A stretch of DNA of 32,000 nucleotides, taken from the NCBI GenBank assembly GCA_022646745.1, contig CP060262.1, positions 3,990,001-4,022,000 of the forward strand, in the 5' to 3' direction. This DNA comes from Planctomycetales bacterium (lineage in GTDB: Bacteria > 4484-113 > JAFGCY01). The position numbers and the translations under genes are program-made. Positions within the stretch are counted from its first letter, which is position 1, and every line of letters starts with the position of its first letter. Under the pieces are notes generated by a model, which made no database searches, had not been told where the DNA came from, and was given only the letters and a program-made list of their open reading frames with translations. Below are positions 7,866-15,681 of this stretch, piece after piece.

Positions 7866-9413
7866 TCAGGCCGTTTCCAGTTCAGAATCGAATGTCACCG
7901 TGCCGCGGTGGACAGTTGCGCGTACACTGGCTGCTTCCAGTGAGCGGTTGCCATTGACAACGGTGAAGTTGGCGGACTGCCCCGCTGCAATGCTGCCACG
8001 GTCCTCGTCGGCATGGCCAAGCCAGGCCCCGACGCTCGTGAACATGGCAACTGCGGTGTCGAAATCCACGCGGTGGCGCGGGTTGTGGTGGTTCATCGCG
8101 GCATGCATCCCGCCCAGCGGGTCCAGCGGCGTGATGTAGCTGTCGCTGGAACCACCGACCTTGAGGCCGCAGCTGTGCATCGTGCCAACTGGGTTTGTCT
8201 CAAGCGCACGCTTGCTGCCAAGCCTCGTGGCATAGCCGCCGGACTCCCCGCCCCAACGGGCGTCAAATGCCGGCTGCATCGAGCTGCACAGGCCAAGCCT
8301 GGCAGCGCGCTCCGCCTGGCCCTCGTCGCCAAGGATAAAGTGGTCGACGCGGTGCCGGCTGCGTGCGAGGTCGTGCTGCGGAGCCAGCTCCTCATATATG
8401 CGTATCGTCTGCTCCAGCGCACGGTCACCGATCGCATGCACGCAGACCTGCATGTCGTGCTCAATGCCGCTGCGGATCCAGGCTGCCAGTTCGGCGTCGT
8501 CAAAGTACAGTTCGCCACAGTGCCCGGCGCGGTCGGCGTACGGTTCACTGACCGCGGCACTATGGCTGCCGATCGCGCCATCAACGCACCAGCAGCCGCC
8601 GAAGCGCGGCACACCAAGCTCATGCGCGAGCTTCGGAGTGCTGTCCCGGCAGTAAAGCGTCAGGTCGCAACCCTGCCCGTCCAGCCCGAGGATCAGCTGG
8701 AAATCCTCCCGGCGAAAGTCGCCATAGCCCTCCAGGCAGTGGATGCCGGTCAGGCCCATGCGCCTTGCAGTGTCCAGCACGAGCCGCATCCCGGCCGCCC
8801 GTTCCTCATGGCTGTAACTGTCATACAGCGGCGTGGTGTGCTTTTCGTATGCTCCGCCGTGCAGGCGGCCACGCCGGTACATCTCGTCAATTGCCTCACG
8901 CGAGAGCCCCTCCTCCGCCATGATGCGCTCGTCAATCACCATTTCCCAGCCACGGCTGTTGAACCAGCTGGAATGGCCCTCGACGCTCTTGATGATCAGC
9001 GGGCGCTCATTGACAATCCCGTCCAGCCAGGCACGGTCCAGCAGCGGATGCTCCGCCTTGTCCAGCCGCGAGAGGTCCAGCCCACCAAGCCTGACAACGC
9101 GCTCCCCGCGCGCCGCAATCCGCCGGATCGCCGCTTCGAGCTGCGCGAGGTTCGTCACTTCCTGCAGGTTCTCGCTGAGCATGAACATCCCGGTGGCAAT
9201 CGCATGCACGTGGGAATCAATCAACCCCGGGAGCAGCATCGAGCCACGGAGGTCCATGGATGACCGGCTGCCGGCCAGCACTGCTGAGACGTCCACTTCC
9301 GCCAGGCTGTCAACTGATGTGATCCGGCCGGAGGCAATGCGGATGGCGGACAGCTCGCCGGGTCGACGGCCGAACACGTTGTTGGAAATGATCAGGTCAG
9401 GAGTCTGCTGCAT
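7866..9413 (-). CDS. amidohydrolase-family (Amidohydro_3/YtcJ-like) metal-dependent hydrolase
   Basis: 515 aa. N-terminal LLPGLIDSHVHAI metal-binding HxH motif. Later His/Asp-containing segments (VCVHAIGD, HRVDHF, GGSSDSYITP) are typical of TIM-barrel amidohydrolases. Confidence 0.8.
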   Translation of the reverse strand: MQQTPDLIISNNVFGRRPGELSAIRIASGRITSVDSLAEVDVSAVLAGSRSSMDLRGSMLLPGLIDSHVHAIATGMFMLSENLQEVTNLAQLEAAIRRIAARGERVVRLGGLDLSRLDKAEHPLLDRAWLDGIVNERPLIIKSVEGHSSWFNSRGWEMVIDERIMAEEGLSREAIDEMYRRGRLHGGAYEKHTTPLYDSYSHEERAAGMRLVLDTARRMGLTGIHCLEGYGDFRREDFQLILGLDGQGCDLTLYCRDSTPKLAHELGVPRFGGCWCVDGAIGSHSAAVSEPYADRAGHCGELYFDDAELAAWIRSGIEHDMQVCVHAIGDRALEQTIRIYEELAPQHDLARSRHRVDHFILGDEGQAERAARLGLCSSMQPAFDARWGGESGGYATRLGSKRALETNPVGTMHSCGLKVGGSSDSYITPLDPLGGMHAAMNHHNPRHRVDFDTAVAMFTSVGAWLGHADEDRGSIAAGQSANFTVVNGNRSLEAASVRATVHRGTVTFDSELETA

Positions 9414-9443
9414 TGACTGATTCTAGCCGCATCGCGGCAAGGA

Positions 9444-10226
9444 TCAGTCGACGCGTTCAAGCTGCTCGCGCGGCACCTGGCGGAAGACGTTAGTGCCGGC
9501 GATCATGTCGTACGCCGTCCTCCGGCGCGGGTCGAACCAGACGGTGAATGCACCGCCGAAGAAGAAGCGCGACAGCAGGAAACGGAACAGGTAGCGCACG
9601 AATGCATTGCCGTAGCTCAGCTTGTGGCCGCGGTTGGTCATCACCTGCAGGCCGAGGCAGAGCTTGCCCAATGTCGCTCCGGCGACGGAGTGGAAGATCG
9701 TGTAGTAGGACATGCACAGCAGCACGTTGAACCAGCCCACGATGCGCACGCCCTGCTGGATTTCCATCAGGCGGTTCATCAGGTCCTGCGAGGGCTCCTG
9801 CAAGGTCATCACCTGGGACATCAGCGCTGACAGCATGTTTGCCAGCTCCACTTCATCCGGACCCTTGTAGCCGATCAGCTCGAGCAGCAGCGCGCTGAAG
9901 ACGGAGAGGATCACCCAGTCGATCAGGAAAGCTCCCATCCGCCAGCCAAAGCCGGCGGGCCGCCAGACATTGCCGTCAACCACCACCGTACCGTCATCAT
10001 CCGGGGGCACCATCCGTGGCTGCTCCTGCTGCTGGCTGGCCTGCTGCGGGGGCTGGCTGGCTGGCTGTGAGTGGGGAGCCGGAGCCTGCGGTTCCACTTG
10101 CTCGGGTATCGGCTCCACCTTAGGAGCATCTGCACGGGGTGCAAGCGGGTCGCGCGGCTCCTGCTGGGCCGGCTGTCCCTCATCCCACTGCGGCTGCTGC
10201 CCGCCCCGGTTGTCATCCTCGTGCAC
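9444..10226 (-). CDS. RDD-family membrane protein with a Pro/Gln-rich N-terminal region
   Basis: 260 aa. The first ~85 aa are low-complexity P/Q/E-rich. This is followed by an RDD-type domain (WRMGAFLIDWVILSVF...) with 3 TM segments. GTG start. The stop lies 30 nt upstream of the amidohydrolase start, so the two are probably co-transcribed. Confidence 0.7.
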   Translation of the reverse strand: MHEDDNRGGQQPQWDEGQPAQQEPRDPLAPRADAPKVEPIPEQVEPQAPAPHSQPASQPPQQASQQQEQPRMVPPDDDGTVVVDGNVWRPAGFGWRMGAFLIDWVILSVFSALLLELIGYKGPDEVELANMLSALMSQVMTLQEPSQDLMNRLMEIQQGVRIVGWFNVLLCMSYYTIFHSVAGATLGKLCLGLQVMTNRGHKLSYGNAFVRYLFRFLLSRFFFGGAFTVWFDPRRRTAYDMIAGTNVFRQVPREQLERVD

Positions 10227-10232
10227 GGTCTG

Positions 10233-10238
10233 ATTATA
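10233..10238 (-). promoter_or_regulatory. perfect TATAAT, 6 nt upstream of the GTG start of the RDD gene
   Basis: Minus strand reads gacTATAATcagaccGTG. On the plus strand the same element reads TATAGT, 15 nt upstream of the rsgA ATG. The divergent intergenic region is only 29 bp. Confidence 0.4.
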
Positions 10239-10255
10239 GTCCAGCGGATATCATC

Positions 10256-11221
10256 ATGCCGATGCGGACCGGGACCGTGGTCGAGTACCACCGTGAATTC
10301 TGCTGGATCCTGCCGGATGACGGCGGCGCTGAGATCGTCGCCCGTCCGCGCGGCCGGATGGAGCTGGTCTGGAAACCTCCCGCCAATCCCCGCCCTGGCT
10401 ACCAGGAGCTGGCGCACAAGCTCGCCCCCGGCGACCGCGTGCGTTTCAACGAACCCGAGTCCGAGCATTACAAGATCGAGGAAGTGCTGGAGCGCGAGAC
10501 CTGGCTGATCCGCAAGAGCCTCGGCCGCTTCCGGCGCAAGCCGCAGGTCGTGGTGGCCAATGCCGACAACCTGGTTGTCGTGTTGGCCCCCAATCCCTTC
10601 ATTCGCCTGAGCACTGTTGACCGCTACTTCCTCGCCGCAATCCAGGGCGGACTGCGGCCGATCCTCGTCGTGAACAAGATTGACCTTGACCCCGGCCTGC
10701 CTGGCCGCGCTGACATCCAGGTCTACCGCGACAAGGGATACAGCGTGTTCTTCACCCAGGCCCTGGAAGGCAGCGGGCTGGAGGAGCTGCGCAACGAGAT
10801 CTCAGGGGAGTTCAGCGCATTCTGCGGACACAGCGGCGTGGGCAAGAGCACGATCCTGGCTGAGCTGACCGGGCAGGTGATCACCACCGGTGAAGTGAAG
10901 AAGAAGTCCATGAAGGGCCGCCAGACCACGGTCACGGCCCGTGCCTACCAGCTGCCCGGCGGCGGAATGGTGCTGGACACACCCGGTGTGCGCGAATTCG
11001 GCCTGACCCAGCAGACCTGGACCGAGGTGCATGAGTACTTTGAGGACATCGCGCGCATCGCCACGGACTGTCGCTTCAGGGACTGCATGCACCATGCGGA
11101 GAAGTCCAGCGGCTGCGCCGTGCAGCAGGCGATTGCAGATGGCCGGCTGGCCGAGGAGCGGCTGAAGTCCTACCAGAAGCTGCGCCAGGAAGCCGAAGCT
11201 GAGCTGCGATCCCATGAATAG
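10256..11221 (+). CDS. rsgA: ribosome small-subunit-dependent GTPase A
   Basis: Circularly permuted GTPase motifs in the order NKIDL (G4), GHSGVGKST (G1), DTPGVREF (G3). C-terminal zinc-finger CRFRDCMHHAEKSSGCAV. The ATG at 10256 is preferred as start. The ORF-track extension to 10139 overlaps the divergent RDD gene. Confidence 0.9.
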   Translation: MPMRTGTVVEYHREFCWILPDDGGAEIVARPRGRMELVWKPPANPRPGYQELAHKLAPGDRVRFNEPESEHYKIEEVLERETWLIRKSLGRFRRKPQVVVANADNLVVVLAPNPFIRLSTVDRYFLAAIQGGLRPILVVNKIDLDPGLPGRADIQVYRDKGYSVFFTQALEGSGLEELRNEISGEFSAFCGHSGVGKSTILAELTGQVITTGEVKKKSMKGRQTTVTARAYQLPGGGMVLDTPGVREFGLTQQTWTEVHEYFEDIARIATDCRFRDCMHHAEKSSGCAVQQAIADGRLAEERLKSYQKLRQEAEAELRSHE

Positions 11222-11247
11222 TTAACTGGCCCCGTTCCATGCGCGAT

Positions 11248-11253
11248 TATAGT
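11248..11253 (+). promoter_or_regulatory. -10-like TATAGT, 5 nt upstream of the mreC ATG
   Basis: Sequence reads GATTATAGTCaggcATG. The 10-mer GATTATAGTC also occurs at 10232..10241. No SD is present. Confidence 0.35.
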
Positions 11254-11258
11254 CAGGC

Positions 11259-12158
11259 ATGGAATTCCGGCAGGCCCGCCCACAGAAGCCCGACCAGAGA
11301 CGCCAGACAAAGATCTGGCTGGTCCGCTTCGCGCTGATTGCCGGCTTCATCTTCCTCGTCAAGCTGTTCACCTTCATCTCTGGTCGCCCCAACCCGGTGG
11401 ACAACGCGATCACCGCTGTCGGCACACCGGTGGTGAATGTGGTAAAGCGTATCGGTGAGGGCATTGGCGGGCTGGTGCATGTGTTCCGCCTGCCAACCCT
11501 GCTCAAGGAGAACTCACGCCTCGAGAGTGAGAATGCCGAACTGAAGCGCAAGCTTGAGGAGAACCTGCACCTGCAGAATGAAGTGGCGGAGCTGCAGAAG
11601 CAGCTCGGCATCCGCCCGGCCAAGGGTTTCAAGCTGGTGCATGCCAGCGTGACCTCCCGCCCCTACGACCTCTGGCTGGAGACCGCGCTGGTGAATGCCG
11701 GCAGCCGCGACGGAGTTGCCGTCGGCGATCTCGTCGTCAACAGCGAGGGCGTGGTCGGCAAGGTTGTCGACGTGCGCCGCAGCAGTTCCCGCATCCAGCT
11801 GATCAGCTCGCCGGAGTTCCGGCTCGGGGCGATCGCAGGGGCCCAGGACATCGTCAAGGAAAGCCGTGCCGAGGGAGTCGTGCGCGGCATCGACCAGCGC
11901 AGCATGGAGATGCTCTACGTCAAGGCCGGCACACCGGTGGAGATCGGCCAGAAGGTCTACACCCGCGGCAACATCTCCTACGAGGGATTCCAAAACCTCT
12001 CATTGCAGGATGAGAACCGCCCGCGCGGGATCTTCATCGGCACCATCACCGAGAAGAAGGTTGAGCAGAGCAGCCGGCTGGGGCTGGTGCTCGAACCGGC
12101 GGCCGACGTCAACCGTCTCGGCAGCGTGGCTATCTATACCTCGGAGCATGGCGAATGA
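11259..12158 (+). CDS. mreC: rod shape-determining protein MreC
   Basis: 299 aa. N-terminal TM segment, a coiled-coil (LKENSRLESENAELKRKLEENLHLQNEVAELQKQL), then beta-rich domains. The stop overlaps the mreD start (ATGA). Confidence 0.85.
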   Translation: MEFRQARPQKPDQRRQTKIWLVRFALIAGFIFLVKLFTFISGRPNPVDNAITAVGTPVVNVVKRIGEGIGGLVHVFRLPTLLKENSRLESENAELKRKLEENLHLQNEVAELQKQLGIRPAKGFKLVHASVTSRPYDLWLETALVNAGSRDGVAVGDLVVNSEGVVGKVVDVRRSSSRIQLISSPEFRLGAIAGAQDIVKESRAEGVVRGIDQRSMEMLYVKAGTPVEIGQKVYTRGNISYEGFQNLSLQDENRPRGIFIGTITEKKVEQSSRLGLVLEPAADVNRLGSVAIYTSEHGE

Positions 12159-12664
12159 AGGTCACCGAACCGATCCGCCTGGCCCTGATCGGCATCTTCG
12201 CCCTGCTGCTGCAGCTCACGATCATGCTCAGCTACCCGGAGTGGCGCGTCGGCTTTGACCTCTACCTCGTGTACATCCTGATCCTGACAACCACCCGCGG
12301 CCCCGCGATGGGCGGCACCTACGCCATGCTTGGCGGGCTGTTCCTCGATGCCTTCAGCGGACAGCACCTCGTGTTCCACCTGCTGTTCTACCTGCTGCCG
12401 GTCGGCATCGGATCCCTCGTGCGCTCCCACATGCTGATCGAATTCAAGTCGCTCGGCACACTGACGGTCGGCGGACTGCTGCTCTTCAAGGTTGTGGCGG
12501 AACTGGTCGGCGCGATGCTGCTTGGTCACATTGACAGCGCGTTCTACATCTTCCGCGTGAACTACCTCTCGATCCTGCTGTTCTGCGGGCTGGTCTACCT
12601 GTTCTGGCCAGCGCTCGTCAACCTGATGCCGCCTGCCCAGGGAGGTCGCCGCGTTGGGTACTAG
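12155..12664 (+). CDS. mreD: rod shape-determining protein MreD
   Basis: 169-aa polytopic membrane protein, translationally coupled between mreC and mrdA. Confidence 0.7.
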   Translation: MKVTEPIRLALIGIFALLLQLTIMLSYPEWRVGFDLYLVYILILTTTRGPAMGGTYAMLGGLFLDAFSGQHLVFHLLFYLLPVGIGSLVRSHMLIEFKSLGTLTVGGLLLFKVVAELVGAMLLGHIDSAFYIFRVNYLSILLFCGLVYLFWPALVNLMPPAQGGRRVGY

Positions 12665-14747
12665 GTTCGGGCCCCAGGCTGACATCGACATGCCCGTGCT
12701 GCGGGTGTACGTCGCGCTGATCGTGGTGGCATTCGCGGTCGTGCTGTCCAAGCTGTTCAGCATGCAGATCCTCACTGCTCGCGAGCACAAAGTGCGCAGC
12801 CTGAAGAACATCATCGTGACGGTGGACATCAACCCGCCGCGCGGTGACATCCTCGACCGCACCGGCTATCCGCTGGCTACGGATGACAATGTGTTCGCCC
12901 TCTTGTACATCGCCCCGCTGGCAATCACCAAGCAGCAGCTGACGGATGATGAGCTGGACCTGCTGGAACGGCTCGGCCTGCAGCGTCTCGGCCAGCTGCA
13001 CGACCTGCGCACTTCTGACTACCGCAAGCTGCGTGATGCGGGCTTCCAGGACCTGTCCGTGCTGGACCAGGAACTGCGCAGCAGGCTGTCATGGATGGCC
13101 TCCCTGCCGGCAACGGACATCGCCCTGCTGCAGAACTTCATCGTCAAGCGCAACCCGCGCGGCCAGGTCACGAGCTGGGAGAACCCAGGCAACTACTACG
13201 ACCTGATGCGGGTCGCCAGTTACCTCAAGGGTGTCGAGTTCCGCGACATGGTGTCAACGCTCAAGGCCGGCATGAAGCGGGTCAACCGCTACCAGCCGGT
13301 GCGCGTCGTCAACGAACTGGACCGCAACCAGGTGATCTTCATCGCAGAGAACAACCATGAGTTCCAGGGCTTCTATGTCGAGGAGTTCGCCTACAGCCGC
13401 AAGTACCCCCTCGGGATGGCAACCCCGCACCTGCTCGGTTACCTCGGTTACTTCAGTGCGGAGAACGACCCGGAGTGGATCCGTCGGATGGGCTACAGCG
13501 ACAATGAGTACGTCGGCAAGGACGGGGTCGAGCGCCAGTACGAGCGCTTGCTGCATGGCATCCCCGGCCGGCGCGACATCGAGGTTGACAACCGCATGGC
13601 CTTCCAGCGCATCGTGCAGGACGTGGCACCGGCCAAGGGCACGGATGTATACCTGGCCATCAACAAGAACCTGCAGATGGAATGCTACAAGGCGATGGAG
13701 GGCCGTCCCGGCGCGTTCATCGTCACTGCTCTGTCCGAGGGCCACGAGGGTGAAGTGCTGGCCTACGTCTCCAGCCCGGGCTATGACCCGTCCCGCTTCA
13801 AGGAGAAGGGCTACTACCAGAGCCTGCTTGACAACCCCTACAAGCCACTGATCAACCGCGCCAGCGGGCTGGCCTACCCGCCCGGTTCGACCTTCAAGCT
13901 TGTGACGGCCTCGGCGGCACTGCAGAAGGGCGGCTTTGCGCCGGGCAGCAGCTTCTACTGCCCCGGCTACAAGCAGATCGGCAACTACAAGATGCGCTGC
14001 CACGAGGATTTCGGCCACGGCGGGGTCACGCTGCTCGAGGGAATCTCCAAGAGCTGCGACGTGGTGTTCTATGACATCGTGCTGGCGATGGATGATGACA
14101 GCAACACCCTGCATGATTACGCTGAACGCTTCGGCTACGGCAGCCGCACCGGGCTAGACCTGCCGGAGGATGCCCGAGGCACTGTGCCGAACCGCGACTG
14201 GAAACGCAAGACATTTGACTGGGCCAATGCGGTGGACAGGTTGTGGTATGACGGAGACAAGGCAAACTTCGCGATCGGCCAGGGCTTCATGAATGCCACC
14301 GCGCTGCAGGTGCTGCAGTCCGCATCGATCGTTGCCAAGCGCGGCAAGCTGTATGAGCCGCATGTGCTGATCGCCACCCGCCGTGACCTGCAGATCCGCC
14401 ACGAGAAGCCCAACCGTCCGCGGGACATGGCCCTCGAGAACAAGACGCTGGACCTCGTCGAGCAGGGCATGCGCATGGCTGTCACTGAAAGCACCGGCAC
14501 CTGCCGTACGTTCAACGCCGGCGCGACCAAGGCGCTGAAGGTCGCCGCCAAGACAGGCACCGCTGAAGCAGGCCGGGGCAAGGCGGACCATTCATGGGTG
14601 GTGGGCTACTACCCGGTTGACAATCCGAAGTATGCCTTCGTGGCCTTCTTCCAGAATGGGGGTAGCTCCGGCGCGGCGGCTGTGCCGGCTGCAAAGAAGG
14701 TGCTGACTTACATGGCTGACAATGAGCCGATCGCCGAGCAGGACTGA
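12654..14747 (+). CDS. mrdA: penicillin-binding protein 2 (elongasome transpeptidase)
   Basis: N-terminal TM anchor. Transpeptidase motifs STFK (PPGSTFKLV), SxD (SKSCDV) and KTG (KTGTAE). A TTG at 12654 is preceded by GGGAGG. The ATG at 12690 is an alternative start. Confidence 0.9.
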   Translation: MGTRFGPQADIDMPVLRVYVALIVVAFAVVLSKLFSMQILTAREHKVRSLKNIIVTVDINPPRGDILDRTGYPLATDDNVFALLYIAPLAITKQQLTDDELDLLERLGLQRLGQLHDLRTSDYRKLRDAGFQDLSVLDQELRSRLSWMASLPATDIALLQNFIVKRNPRGQVTSWENPGNYYDLMRVASYLKGVEFRDMVSTLKAGMKRVNRYQPVRVVNELDRNQVIFIAENNHEFQGFYVEEFAYSRKYPLGMATPHLLGYLGYFSAENDPEWIRRMGYSDNEYVGKDGVERQYERLLHGIPGRRDIEVDNRMAFQRIVQDVAPAKGTDVYLAINKNLQMECYKAMEGRPGAFIVTALSEGHEGEVLAYVSSPGYDPSRFKEKGYYQSLLDNPYKPLINRASGLAYPPGSTFKLVTASAALQKGGFAPGSSFYCPGYKQIGNYKMRCHEDFGHGGVTLLEGISKSCDVVFYDIVLAMDDDSNTLHDYAERFGYGSRTGLDLPEDARGTVPNRDWKRKTFDWANAVDRLWYDGDKANFAIGQGFMNATALQVLQSASIVAKRGKLYEPHVLIATRRDLQIRHEKPNRPRDMALENKTLDLVEQGMRMAVTESTGTCRTFNAGATKALKVAAKTGTAEAGRGKADHSWVVGYYPVDNPKYAFVAFFQNGGSSGAAAVPAAKKVLTYMADNEPIAEQD

Positions 14748-14758
14748 ATCCGCTCAGT
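14743..14758. terminator. inverted repeat ACTGA-N6-TCAGT formed by the two convergent stop codons (mrdA TGA / ispA-like TCA)
   Basis: The gap between the two coding regions is 6 nt. The stem is only 5 bp. Confidence 0.25.
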
Positions 14759-15629
14759 GGCTGCGATGCCCGGCGGCCGCGGCGATGTCACGCAGCACGT
14801 CAGGTTGCACCAGGCCCATGCTGTTGATGCTGTCGTCCACACCACGCAGAACATCCTCCAGGTACTGCTCCGCGCCATCAACGCTGAGCAGCCGCGGGAA
14901 GGTGGACTTGTTCTTCTCGATGTCAGTCGCCAGTGTCTTGCCCATCTCAGAGTCCGTGCTCGTGAGGCTGAGCAGGTCATCCCGGATCTGGAAGGCCAGC
15001 CCGATCTCGCTGCCAAGCCTGCCGAACTGGCTGACAACGTCGGCATCACATCCGGCGAGGATCGCACCGAATTCGCAGGTCGTGCTGAACAGCGCACCGG
15101 TCTTGCGTCGGTGCAGCTCCTTCAGTTCATCCAGGCTCAGTTCACGGCGTTCCCCCTCCAGGTCCAGCACCTGCCCTTCCACAACCAGGTGGGTGGCGCG
15201 GGCAGCGGACTCCACCAGCGCCATGCGCCGTGCCGCATCCAGTCCGTTGTCATTTCGCGCCAGCTGAAGATAGGCATAATTGGCAAGGGCGTCCCCGGCC
15301 AGCACCGCCAGCGCTTCATCAAACTGTATGTGCACCGCCGGCACCCCGCGGCGCAGGCTGGCGTCATCCATGCAGGGCAGGTCGTCATGGATCAGGGTGA
15401 AGGTATGGATCAGCTCCAGTGGGGTGACCCAGGGGACAAGCTTGCCGATGTCATCCTGCCCGCAGGCCCGGGCCACGGCAAGGGCCATCAAGGGCCTGAA
15501 CAGTTTGCCGAGTCCCAGCAGGTGCCCCATCGCCTGCTGCAGCAGGGGCACGGACACGGGACCGAGCTGGCTGCGGAGGGTCTCCTCCAGGGCGGCGCGG
15601 TGCTCAGCTGAGAATTCCTGGAAATTCAC
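14754..15629 (-). CDS. ispA: short-chain trans-polyprenyl (farnesyl/geranylgeranyl) diphosphate synthase
   Basis: 291 aa. First Asp-rich motif LIHDDLPCMDDASLRRG and second FQIRDDLL. An aromatic Phe five residues before the first motif favours FPP-synthase-type chain length. GTG start. Confidence 0.75.
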   Translation of the reverse strand: MNFQEFSAEHRAALEETLRSQLGPVSVPLLQQAMGHLLGLGKLFRPLMALAVARACGQDDIGKLVPWVTPLELIHTFTLIHDDLPCMDDASLRRGVPAVHIQFDEALAVLAGDALANYAYLQLARNDNGLDAARRMALVESAARATHLVVEGQVLDLEGERRELSLDELKELHRRKTGALFSTTCEFGAILAGCDADVVSQFGRLGSEIGLAFQIRDDLLSLTSTDSEMGKTLATDIEKNKSTFPRLLSVDGAEQYLEDVLRGVDDSINSMGLVQPDVLRDIAAAAGHRSH

Positions 15630-15636
15630 GCCGCAG

Positions 15637-15642
15637 AGTATA
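15637..15642 (-). promoter_or_regulatory. -10-like TATACT, 7 nt upstream of the GTG start of the ispA-like gene
   Basis: Minus strand reads ctgaTATACTctgcggcGTG. No SD is present. Confidence 0.3.
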
Positions 15643-15669
15643 TCAGGATGGTGTCCCCGCCTGCCCTGC

Positions 15670-15675
15670 TATCAT
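15670..15675 (+). promoter_or_regulatory. -10-like TATCAT, 6 nt upstream of the proposed GTG start at 15682
   Basis: Sequence reads gcTATCATtacgccGTG. Confidence 0.25.
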
Positions 15676-15681
15676 TACGCC

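Noticed and set aside
10139-10255. Upstream extensions of ORF-track entries: rsgA from 10139, exbD from 26207, rplS from 20989, rpsP from 18262, lepB2 from 21544, TBDR from 23844 and ftsK to 5534.
   Set aside because: The extensions overlap neighbouring genes or promoter and hairpin elements. Downstream in-frame starts with an SD or a -10 element give canonical N-termini.
12654-12692. Choice between TTG (12654) and ATG (12690) as the mrdA start.
   Set aside because: This is not resolved from sequence alone. TTG is kept because GGGAGG lies 9 nt upstream and the overlap with mreD fits translational coupling. ATG is noted as an alternative.
15280-15681. N-terminal 134 codons of the 543-aa ORF encoding the CapD-like protein.
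   Set aside because: This part overlaps the well-supported ispA-like gene on the other strand and has an Ala/Ser/Arg-rich nonsense-like translation. Homology-like sequence begins only after the GTG at 15682.
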